Virus record (IMG/VR): IMGVR_UViG_3300045988_095445
DNA from: a virus
DNA: 64,000 nucleotides
Reading direction: 5' to 3' (one strand)
The notes below the pieces were generated by a model that saw only the letters and a program-made list of their open reading frames with translations, ran no database searches and was not told the DNA's origin. Positions 1 through 9,126 of this stretch are shown here, one piece after another (the first letter of the stretch is position 1; every line of letters starts with the position of its first letter). The translations under genes were made by a program, and so were the position numbers.

Positions 1-487
1 CTGCTTCCCATCCAGCAATTCTAGGATAAGAAAATCGAGTAAGAATAATCGGATTATATTCCTTCAAGCAAATAGGCTGTTTAGGTTTTGGTAACTGAAT
101 ATTATGTCTTTTAAAGATATCCCAATCTTCTAATTCTTTTTCTTCATCTTCTAGTTCTATTCCATCAAAACCAAAATATCCAGCTATATAATCCATAGCA
201 TTATATAGTTCCCACTTTTTACCTTCTTGCTTTTTTTTAACCTTTATACATAAATCAAATATATCAAAAGTAGGATCTATACATCCAGTATAACATCTAA
301 AAAGTTTTGTATTTTCGTAATAATATAACTTTCTTGATCCCTCTCCTGGAAGATTATGACATATAGTTTGGGAGATGAGCCCACCATCTACATATTCAGG
401 CTCACCGCCCCATGCTTCAATTAAATCATAAATTTGTTCTAACTCTAATTTTCCTTTTAGTTCATCTTTATCATAATAGCGTGACAT
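1..487 (-). CDS. DNA primase N-terminal zinc-binding domain. Partial: the ORF runs off the window start.
   Basis: Hand translation from the ATG at 485-487 gives MSRYYDKDELKG...ICHNLPGEGSRKLYYYENTKLFRCYTGC (a C-H-x22-C-x2-C zinc ribbon, as in DnaG/T7-type primases). There is no stop before position 1. The ORF is absent from the track because it is open-ended. Confidence 0.45.
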   Translation of the reverse strand, partial: MSRYYDKDELKGKLELEQIYDLIEAWGGEPEYVDGGLISQTICHNLPGEGSRKLYYYENTKLFRCYTGCIDPTFDIFDLCIKVKKKQEGKKWELYNAMDYIAGYFGFDGIELEDEEKELEDWDIFKRHNIQLPKPKQPICLKEYNPIILTRFSYPRIAGWEA

Positions 488-682
488 AATTAAGCATCAT
501 ATACGGAAACATTTGTTACAGTTCCTTTAAGACCAAATTGCTCATTAATTACTTTTGCAATATAATCTTTAGGATTTTGTTTCTTCTCCGTCTCGCTTCT
601 ATCGGCAAGCATAGCATTAAACATTTTTTTACTCATACGATACTCTAAAGATTGATTGTTTTTCATATTAATTCCTCCAAAA

Positions 683-2236
683 TTATTTTTCCCATGCCGC
701 GGGACCTTCATCTACAATTACTCTAATATCTTCAATACTAATCATTTCATGTCTCCAATTAGTACAGAATTGTGGTAATATACGACAAGTACCTAAATTT
801 GCTGAACACCATAGATAAACTCCTTTATATGATCCTCGTCTATTCTTATAAATAGATAATTTTAAATTAGGACGAAGAAGATTTTTATTGCTATCAAGTA
901 TTGGATCAAGTTTTACCAAATCTTCATCTGTAACTCCAAGAAGAATCATGCCAACATCAATTCTATCTGCAATACTTTTAGCTCCACGCAACAAATTTTG
1001 GTCTGGTGTTTCACTATTCTAATAATCTGCATTTAATTGAGTTGCAGACATAATAAATATACCATATTTATTTGCTAAATCTTTTAATCTTGCGGAAAGC
1101 ATGAATAAGATATTATCTTCTCTTAATTTAACTCCGCCAGATTTCTTACTAATTTCTTCAAGAATCTTAAGAGATGTTTGTAAATAATCGAATAAAACAT
1201 ACTTAACTTCGTGTTCACGGATATTCTTTTTTATCTTATTTTCTACATCTTGCAAAGAAAAATCCGGCAATTCTTCAATCCAAATCGGACTTCTTTTAAT
1301 AATTTCCGCGGCTTTGAGAACTCGATCCTTTTCTCCATCAAAATATTGGCCATTCAAGATATGTTCTTCATTTACATCAGAAAGAAATGCTAACATCATA
1401 GTTTGCACCTCTCCTTTATCTTGCTCTGTCGCGATAAACAAAGTTGGTTGAGAAGTTCCGTTTTTAATCCAGCCAAATTGATCATGATAGATCTCATTAC
1501 ACGCAAAATTACAAGCATCTGCAATCATTGATCTAGTTTTTCCAGTTCCTGTAGCAGCTGACCGCAAATAAAATTTTCGCAATCTTGCGCCTCTTGTTAC
1601 TGTATTAATCAATGGACCATATAAAGGAATACCAACTTCTGGATGTTGTTCTAAATCACTGATTAAATCGTCGATTCCGTCTCCGGCTTGATACCCTAAT
1701 CCTAAATCATCTTCAATATATTTACTCTTAATTTCATCTATTTTTACGTCAATAACATGAGCTATTTCAGTTAAACTTGTATTATCTAACCAATCTTCTT
1801 GCATTTGTCTCTTTTTAGTATCAAGAATATTATTTGGATCGTAAAGATAGGTTACATCAAGGCCAAAGTTATTATATGCCCTTAATAGGGTAAATTTTTT
1901 TAATCTATTATAGTAGTAATTAAAAGTATCCTATCGAGCGTTTTGTGATGCTTCAAGAAGATAATCTACACCTTTATTTTGTTTAAATATAGCATCAAAT
2001 TTGGGTCTATTCGCTAAATAATCTATAATTGCATCAATATTGACTTGACTACCTGTTAGATGAATATTGTAGATACTCCCAAAGATAATTTTGTGAAAAT
2101 CCTCTTGAAAATCGTCTTCGTGAATTATATATTTATCTGCATCATCGAGAATAGAGGCATTATTAAATACACACCCAATTATTTGAGTAATTGCTGCTGT
2201 ATCTACATAGTTACTCTTCATGTGTTTCCTCCTCAT
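683..2236 (-). CDS. dnaB: DnaB-like replicative helicase, continuous across two in-frame TAG codons (1931-1933 and 1019-1021).
   Basis: Track ORFs 1931..2236, 1019..1804 and 683..994 share one frame and are separated only by TAG. The product has a Walker A motif (AATGTGKTR) and a DnaB H4-like SATQLNADY*...LLRGAKSIADRID. The upstream linking segment translates cleanly (DTFNTYYNRLKK...). Confidence 0.7.
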
Positions 2237-2744
2237 TTAAGAAAGTAAATAGCTTTCGTATATGTTTCATTGGTTGTCGCTGAGGAGGCTCTATATGAAC
2301 TTCTCTTACAGGCAAAATAAATTCTTTTATATCTACCCGCTCATTTCTTTCTCTTGCTTCCCACAATGCTCTCCAATATAGATATGCTTCATCATAAACA
2401 AAAGGAACAATACCAATTCCACCATTGGCCTTTTCAATAGAATTTCCTTTTATCTCAAAAAAATATTTTAATGTTTTATATATTCCTGTATATGAATAAT
2501 TTCTATCTTTTTTAAAGGTTTCTATTTGTTTTTTAATTTTTGGGGAGATACAATTAATTCCAAATAAATCCTTTATATATTTTTCTAATAATTCTTTATC
2601 TTTTTCTTCTTGAGTTTTATTTTCTTCTGCCGTTTGCGCACAAGTTTTATGAGCGTAACGTCTTGAGTTTGGTTTAACGTATGGGGTGGTTGATGCATCA
2701 AATACTTCTCCACAGTAAAAACATTTTACCATGTGTTTCGCCAT
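2211..2744 (-). CDS. Hypothetical protein with an N-terminal Cys/His cluster.
   Basis: Intact 177 aa ORF; MVKCFYCGEVF...HKTC. Confidence 0.35.
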   Translation of the reverse strand: MAKHMVKCFYCGEVFDASTTPYVKPNSRRYAHKTCAQTAEENKTQEEKDKELLEKYIKDLFGINCISPKIKKQIETFKKDRNYSYTGIYKTLKYFFEIKGNSIEKANGGIGIVPFVYDEAYLYWRALWEARERNERVDIKEFILPVREVHIEPPQRQPMKHIRKLFTFLNEEETHEE

Positions 2745-2846
2745 ACATTACGCTCCTTTCTTTATAACCTTATATAAATATAATATCATATTTTAGATAA
2801 AAAATCAAGGAAGGAGAAATATCCTTGATACTCTCCTTCCTTTTAT

Positions 2847-3827
2847 TTAGGTCTTAATTAAGTCTTCTAATTCATGAATAATTAGATCCAATTGTTCAGA
2901 CTGTTCGGGAGTGCAGTCTCCAACTTTTTTCCCTTTGCCTAAAAATTTATCAACAATAGCAGTAATTTTAACTGCATTGGATTGATTTTCTGACATAAGA
3001 TTTCCAACTAAATCATTAAATCTTGTCATTAGATAATCAAAATCATAAGTAACATCTTCTGTGACAACTTGTGTTGCCTCATCTGTAATATACTTGCCAC
3101 CAGTTTCTTCTGCTTGCTTATCAATAGCATCAGAAATTGCTTTTACAAGATTATCATATGTAAATTCAATAGATTCTGGAACATATTTAAATCTTGAACC
3201 GGCAACATATTGCGGAGTTCCGCGCATAAAGAGACGAGTTTCTGTGCCTCCAGATTCATTGGTTACAGAACGAGAATAACCAATAATATCACAAGTTCTC
3301 TCACAAATTAATCTACCTCTATTGTCAAGAGTTGGTACAATTTGAGAAGCGACATCTTCTCCTTTTGCATTTTTTTCTGTCTTTACTTTGGCATGAGAAA
3401 TCAAAATAAGACCATAATTAAGTTGTAGAATTTTACGAATTGCTTCATCAAATTCTGTACTAACAAGTGCGTATCCCTTTCCATAAGGAATATCACCAAT
3501 AGTATCAACAGCCTCGCGTCCGCAAATAAATTTCTCACAATAGCCATATGCAATGTCTGCTGTATCAATTACAATAGTTTGGAATTTTTCTTGAACTTCT
3601 GGAGTTTTTAATTCACTAAAAAGTTTCTTAAATTCACCCCAACTATTGATTGGTTGAGCATATACTCCTGGCAAGGCATTATAACCTTTCTCAAAAGCAA
3701 GTAGTAGCGCTTTTGGAAACTTACTAGCAATAGTTGTTTTGCCAGACTTTGGATCCCCATAGAAAAATACTGAATAACCTCTTAAATCTCTTGATACTTC
3801 ATGTGGTTTAATATCTAATAAACTCAT
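2847..3827 (-). CDS. AAA_24/Sak4-like RecA-type ATPase (phage recombination/replication).
   Basis: FFYGDPKSGKTT P-loop near the N-terminus and VIDTAD Walker B; 326 aa. This architecture is typical of phage Sak4/AAA_24 proteins. Confidence 0.5.
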   Translation of the reverse strand: MSLLDIKPHEVSRDLRGYSVFFYGDPKSGKTTIASKFPKALLLAFEKGYNALPGVYAQPINSWGEFKKLFSELKTPEVQEKFQTIVIDTADIAYGYCEKFICGREAVDTIGDIPYGKGYALVSTEFDEAIRKILQLNYGLILISHAKVKTEKNAKGEDVASQIVPTLDNRGRLICERTCDIIGYSRSVTNESGGTETRLFMRGTPQYVAGSRFKYVPESIEFTYDNLVKAISDAIDKQAEETGGKYITDEATQVVTEDVTYDFDYLMTRFNDLVGNLMSENQSNAVKITAIVDKFLGKGKKVGDCTPEQSEQLDLIIHELEDLIKT

Positions 3828-3884
3828 TTATTAATCGCTCCTTCTAAAATTAATTGGGAAAGAAAGGGAGAAAATCTCCCTTTC

Positions 3885-4841
3885 TTAGAATTTATATTCT
3901 CCCTTTGCAGGAGCGGAAGTAGAAGTACCGCTAAGTGCGTTACCCTTTGTAGCCTGATACTCGTCTTGACGCTTTTTAATTTCTGCAAGAGTAACTTCGC
4001 GAGCAGCCATCTTTTCATTAAGTTCAGAAACAAGAAGAGTCTCTTCGCTATCCCACGCATAAGTTTCAGGTTGTGCCCAGTTAATTACAAAATCTCGCTG
4101 AGAGTTACGAACCTCTTTTACCTTTGTATCACCAAAAGCACTTTCTTCTTCAATTTTGCGAATTACTGTCTTAGAAATTTGAACACCTTGTACTCTAGTA
4201 AATACTGGAGAACTAGAAGTTGCTCCAAGATTCTCAAAATAATCAAGAGCCTTTTCTGGTGCATAAGGAGTATATACATTAAATTCAACAGGAAGTAGAG
4301 ATCCACGGAAATCAAAAATGCACCCTTTTACAGTTACCTTTTCAGGTAAATCGCGCTCTTCATCAGCTTCTGTACGAATTACATTAGTAATAACCATATC
4401 AGTATCAAATGTTGCACGATTCTTTTCTTCCGCGAGCTCCTGAGTCACATGGACAAACCCACCCTCATTTCTTTTTACACTTACAAGAGGGTGACCAGTA
4501 GTATTATTATCATACCACTCATTTAGACCAATAGCAGAATCAATACGGAGCTTTCCTGCGTTTTCTTTACCATGCTCCATTACAGAGCCAATCTTTCCCT
4601 CAATAATATTCAAAAGAACTCCATAGGTAGAATTTGCTTTTCCGTTTTTAGTAGTCTCAGTTACATAACTAAAATGAACATCAACTACATTTAGCATTTC
4701 ATCATCGGTTGCAATTCTTAAAATACCGTTAATAAACTCTGTTCCAGGATTTTTAGAATTTTCTCCAGAAACTTTCTTTTCGAGCTTATGCTCATAGACA
4801 TACCCTTCAATATGAGTAGCATTAATCATTTTCTTTTTCAT
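3885..4841 (-). CDS. Hypothetical protein (318 aa).
   Basis: Intact ORF with no recognisable motif. Confidence 0.35.
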   Translation of the reverse strand: MKKKMINATHIEGYVYEHKLEKKVSGENSKNPGTEFINGILRIATDDEMLNVVDVHFSYVTETTKNGKANSTYGVLLNIIEGKIGSVMEHGKENAGKLRIDSAIGLNEWYDNNTTGHPLVSVKRNEGGFVHVTQELAEEKNRATFDTDMVITNVIRTEADEERDLPEKVTVKGCIFDFRGSLLPVEFNVYTPYAPEKALDYFENLGATSSSPVFTRVQGVQISKTVIRKIEEESAFGDTKVKEVRNSQRDFVINWAQPETYAWDSEETLLVSELNEKMAAREVTLAEIKKRQDEYQATKGNALSGTSTSAPAKGEYKF

Positions 4842-5217
4842 TATTTAACTCTCCTCTATACTTTTCAATATCAAAATTTTTACCTTTTTCGGTCAGGGTA
4901 TAAACCACAGGATTAGAACTAAACTTCTCAACAAAACCATCAGAAACTAACTTTCTAATAGAACCAGAAACTTTTCTGGAAGAAATCTCCATCCCATCAG
5001 CTATATCTTTTGCTTTTAAAGATTTAGCATTACTATTTTGAAGATACTCAAGGATTTGAAATCCAGTTTCAGTAAAAAGAGGTTTATCAATATGCTTGTC
5101 TTGTTGTGAACGAAGAATATCATAAAATTCTTTTACTTCATCCGGGATAATAACAGGTTCTTTACAATTAGCTATAAGCCAATCAAAATAATTTAAAAAA
5201 GTCTCACATTTGTTCAT
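4822..5217 (-). CDS. Putative winged-helix DNA-binding protein.
   Basis: 131 aa; the ISSRKVSGSIRKLVSDGFVEK segment resembles a MarR/wHTH recognition helix. Confidence 0.3.
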   Translation of the reverse strand: MNKCETFLNYFDWLIANCKEPVIIPDEVKEFYDILRSQQDKHIDKPLFTETGFQILEYLQNSNAKSLKAKDIADGMEISSRKVSGSIRKLVSDGFVEKFSSNPVVYTLTEKGKNFDIEKYRGELNNEKEND

Positions 5218-5270
5218 ATCATTTTCCTCTTTATTTTATATAAATATAATAACATATAAAATAAAGATTG

Positions 5271-5897
5271 TCAATCAAGAGCAATATCATCAAAGATTAC
5301 AGGGATTTTTTCCTTGACTTTATTAAGTGCAATAATTGCTACTTCTCTCATTTGTGGATGGGCGGCTGGAGAGCAGCGAAGCTTGAAGAAATGCCGCCAT
5401 TCCCGCAAATCCGCAGTCATAACTACTTCTGTTTTTAAACTATTAGGTAGAACTGCTCTTGCTTCTTGGGGTGTGCATCCAGTAGAGAGCATATTAAAAT
5501 ATTCCTCTTCCGCATTTTGGCAGGCATTATACCAATGATCGTAAGCTGGATTGCTCTTGATTAAGAAACAGGGTTCAATAACAGTAATTTCATTTCCGAA
5601 CCCGTCTTTCGAATAATTGCAATATCTTGTAGATTCTTGACAATAGGCAGCCAATCTATGACGAACAATTTCATGGCTAACACCTCTATCGCAAATAAAT
5701 TTAAGAGTAAAAGAGCAATGCTCGAGGACTGCTTCATGTCCTCTTTTAATAATATTCTAAACAAATTTTACAGCACTATCTTCTGTAATCTTATCTTCAG
5801 ATTTATAACAAACTCTACCGCACTGTTCAATTCGTTTAAGAATTATTTCACCGTCAATAGGTGTAATCAGTTCAACATCTGGCTTAATAATTTTCAT
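5271..5897 (-). CDS. thyX: FAD-dependent thymidylate synthase ThyX, with one in-frame TAG at 5757-5759.
   Basis: Hand translation gives MKIIKPDVELITPIDGEI...AVKFV*NIIKRGHEAVLEHCSFTLKF...GVSHEIVRHRLAAYCQESTRY. The RHR/ThyX signature and the PNSLKTEVVMTADLREWRHFFKLR block are present. There is a GAGGA RBS before the ATG at 5895-5897. Confidence 0.7.
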
Positions 5898-5898
5898 A

Positions 5899-6174
5899 TT
5901 ATTCCTCACTTAAATTATATCCAATAAGTTCCATACAAGGATTTATTAATCGCAATAATATCTCTACTTCATCAATTACGAATTTTTCCTTCAAATCTCT
6001 ACTTTTTAGAAATTCAGAATAACTAATACAATTTAGTCCAATAATTCCATATTGTTCTGCTTTAATTCTCATTGAGCGTGGATTGCTACATACAAAAATA
6101 GCATCATTATCTTTAGCATATTGCATTAGTTGATAGGTTTTTCCAGTACATCTGTTACCAATAATTCTAAACAT
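5899..6174 (-). CDS. Small P-loop protein (91 aa).
   Basis: GNRCTGKTY Walker A; a GGAGG RBS lies 7 nt upstream; TAATG overlap with the upstream gene. Confidence 0.4.
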   Translation of the reverse strand: MFRIIGNRCTGKTYQLMQYAKDNDAIFVCSNPRSMRIKAEQYGIIGLNCISYSEFLKSRDLKEKFVIDEVEILLRLINPCMELIGYNLSEE

Positions 6175-7085
6175 TAAGACCCTCCGCGAGTAGTATTTAA
6201 ACCAAAATCTTTCGTTTTATAAAACTCAATCCAATAAGTTTCTCTCTCATTTAAATTTTCCCTTAAAACTTCTTCTAAAATCTCAAAGGTAAAATTATGA
6301 ACTCCAGATTTCTACATGGTAGAATATAGTTTATTGGTTGCTTTTCCGTAAGTTAAAGCAGATTTAATATGTTGTCTAAAACGTTCTTTTATATCAACTG
6401 ACTATCCTATATAGGATTTCCCAGTGGTCAAATCAGTTATCCTATAAATCCCACAATATTTAATTGCTTTTGGGAATAACCGAGCTGTTAATATATCATA
6501 AGCTGGTTTATAATACACTTCCCATATTAACTTATCTATGCTTTCTTTTTTGACAAATCTAGGTTGCAACTCACGCAATAATGTAATATCATTTATATCA
6601 ATTTCATCAAGAGCTAAACGATAGTAATCTTGATTAGAGTCAATCTCTTCCTATCTTTGTTGAGCCTAAATATAAGCAAGTTGTTTAGCTTGTAAATCCG
6701 CTAATTTACTGGATTCGATAGAAATTTTATTTGATAAATCTTGACTTTTAGCATCAAAAGTCATAGTAAGCTCATTTTCTTTTTCTTCATAGGATTTTAA
6801 AAGTGCGGAAATGCGAATCTAGTATGCCTCATCAGCTTGCTTTTGTGCATTTTCCCGCATTTCTTCCTAAGATTTTACTAGAGAAGAAAGAATTTCATTT
6901 TCAGAGTATATATTTTCTTTTATATTAGATAATACTTCTCTATTATGTTTTATTTCCTATTCTATCTCTGAGTTTTTCCTCTAATTATCTATATTAACTT
7001 CAATTATTTGATGCTCTTGTTTCTTGAGATAATAGATATAAATTATTAACCCGATTATAGTAATTAATAATAACCCTATAATCAT
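6174..7085 (-). CDS. Transmembrane + coiled-coil protein with a C-terminal GIY-YIG nuclease domain, read through 8 in-frame TAG codons.
   Basis: Single frame from the ATG at 7083-7085 to the TAA at 6174-6176. In-frame TAGs are at 6983, 6959, 6869, 6821, 6668, 6653, 6404 and 6314. The C-terminal domain reads KAIKYCGIYRITDLTTGKSYIG*SVDIKERFRQH...HNFTFEILEEV...EREKYWIEFYKT, a textbook GIY-YIG homing-endonuclease core. The N-terminus MIIGLLLITIIGLIIYIYYL is a transmembrane helix. Confidence 0.55.
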
Positions 7086-7093
7086 ATTTAAAA

Positions 7094-7120
7094 AATTCGG
7101 GGAGAGGTTAACTCTCCCCG
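7094..7120 (-). terminator. Rho-independent terminator (cggggagag-gttaa-ctctccccg, then a T-run on the minus strand).
   Basis: Perfect 9 bp inverted repeat followed by TTTTTT on the minus strand, downstream of the 7128..7403 gene. Confidence 0.6.
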
Positions 7121-7127
7121 AACAAAA

Positions 7128-7403
7128 TTACTCTTGAGCGTCTGGGTCGAGATCTAGCCCGCTTTGAGTTAAATGGAGATACTTTACCTTCTGATGAGAA
7201 CCATCTTCAAGAGTTACCTCATCAGGAACACGCTCTCCAAGTCCCTTGCGTTGGAAAGCAGAAGTAAAAATACCATCAACTTGACGCTTCTCAAGTCCAA
7301 GAGCTTCAGCAACATCTGCCGCTGTTAAATTTTCACCATTATGCTCCTTTAAATAATCTAAAACCTTACGAGTATTTTCTTTCATAGCTGCCATAGTAGA
7401 CAT
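7128..7403 (-). CDS. Hypothetical protein (91 aa).
   Basis: Intact ORF with an RBS. Confidence 0.35.
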   Translation of the reverse strand: MSTMAAMKENTRKVLDYLKEHNGENLTAADVAEALGLEKRQVDGIFTSAFQRKGLGERVPDEVTLEDGSHQKVKYLHLTQSGLDLDPDAQE

Positions 7404-7733
7404 TCTCCTTTAATAATAAATTTATTTTAATTTAATTTGTTGCTAAATCTTGAACCATAGTGTCAATTTCTAGCATAATATTTATCCCGTCGCTTAATGA
7501 CATAATTTGATTGGTAATCTGCATAATTCGATTATCGGCTCGGGATTTTTCTTCCTTTGAGGAAGTTTCATTTTGGTGAATTTGCTCACATTTATAAAGT
7601 TCTTGAGCGAGCTTTTTCATCTATTTTCGGGTCATATAATTTCTATCCTTTATCCCTGAATTACATATATATTATATCTAAAATATTTTTTTAAGTCAAG
7701 AATTTTAGGTAAATATCTCAGCAAAGTTAGATT

Positions 7734-8840
7734 TTATGAGAAAATTTCATCTATAATACAATCTTTTGTGTCTTTATCTTCTCTCCACAACTTTAATACT
7801 GGGTGTCTTAATGTATGTTCTTTTTTATCAATAGACATGCAATCAAGAGAAACAACTTTATTAAGATAGTTCTGCGGATTTTCAGTCATATCGCGCTTCA
7901 TGTCATCAGTTAGACCAGAACTAACCGTACCTAATTCTATTAGTTCGCCTTGATTATCATAAGCGCCAACTTTAATTGCTGTATTCCATCCATAGAAATA
8001 GTATCTACTAATAGGGATTGTTCTATAATCGGGAGACCTAATTGCTTTATAGGAATTTATTTTTTCTTGTTCTACCCATACTCCATTCTCGCCTTGTTTT
8101 TCAATAGCCCAATACTCCCATGTATCTATCTCTTTTCCTGTATATTCTTTTGTTGGAGGACAAAAACCTATGCAGATTAAATCAATAGAATCCATCTGTT
8201 TAATTTTAATTGTAGACCAAGCGGGACGTTTTCCAGGAGTATAAGGATAATCCCTTTTCTTTAAAACCGCGCCTTCGCCGCCACTTTTCAAGATTCGAGA
8301 GATTTCTTCTTCAAGATTAGTGTCTACTTTTACTGCTAGCCGCAAGAAACTATATTGTGATAAATTATGTTTTTCCCATACTGCCGCAAGGATTTTATAT
8401 CTATCTTCTGCACCGACATTTACTAAATTAATATTATCATATTCAATTATATCATGTATATAATAATGAATAGGATTATCTTTTTGCCTTTTGATAGCTA
8501 AATCTGGTAGGCATCCCATTATGCTTGTTACTGTTTTAGATGTCCCTCCAGGATAATAAATCTCGCCAATTAAAATTGTATTTGATGGCATACAATTTAA
8601 GGCTTCAATAATATGAGGCACATTTGCACCTTTTTCAGAGAGTAATCCAGTTGTTGTACTTGTATTACGAGAAAATAGATAACTGTAGTTATCTGTCTTT
8701 TCAAACTCATACCAATATCCATCAATTTTTTCTTCGAGAAAATAATCTCCAGATTGGCACATTTCAGAAAGCATAGATTCTTTGCCAGCAGGTAATTTCC
8801 ACACCTTCATAGCATCTATCATTTTAGCTTCAGGATACAT
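7734..8840 (-). CDS. lig: ATP-dependent DNA ligase.
   Basis: Motif I EEKIDGYWYEF (K-x-D-G), IGEIYY motif, EGAVLKK motif IV and TIKIK motif V; 368 aa. Confidence 0.7.
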   Translation of the reverse strand: MYPEAKMIDAMKVWKLPAGKESMLSEMCQSGDYFLEEKIDGYWYEFEKTDNYSYLFSRNTSTTTGLLSEKGANVPHIIEALNCMPSNTILIGEIYYPGGTSKTVTSIMGCLPDLAIKRQKDNPIHYYIHDIIEYDNINLVNVGAEDRYKILAAVWEKHNLSQYSFLRLAVKVDTNLEEEISRILKSGGEGAVLKKRDYPYTPGKRPAWSTIKIKQMDSIDLICIGFCPPTKEYTGKEIDTWEYWAIEKQGENGVWVEQEKINSYKAIRSPDYRTIPISRYYFYGWNTAIKVGAYDNQGELIELGTVSSGLTDDMKRDMTENPQNYLNKVVSLDCMSIDKKEHTLRHPVLKLWREDKDTKDCIIDEIFS

Positions 8841-9046
8841 TATTTATCAAACTCCTTATATTCTTTATATCCAAAGTAAATTCCTATAGGAATGGCATAT
8901 AAAAATAAAAACCAAGGACTAACAGTAAAACATAAGATGATTGGTAAAAATATTGTCATAGCTAAAACGAAGACAAGAAGAATGTCAACTAGTATGAATT
9001 TAATAAGAGTAGAATTTTTTAATTTATCAATCATATAAAACCTCAT
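8840..9046 (-). CDS. Small membrane protein (68 aa).
   Basis: Two hydrophobic helices. Confidence 0.3.
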   Translation of the reverse strand: MRFYMIDKLKNSTLIKFILVDILLVFVLAMTIFLPIILCFTVSPWFLFLYAIPIGIYFGYKEYKEFDK

Positions 9047-9126
9047 TTTTCTCTTTATATAAATATATTATAATAATAAAAAAGAAAAATCAACTAAAGA
9101 TAAGAGTGGTTTTACCACTCTTATCT

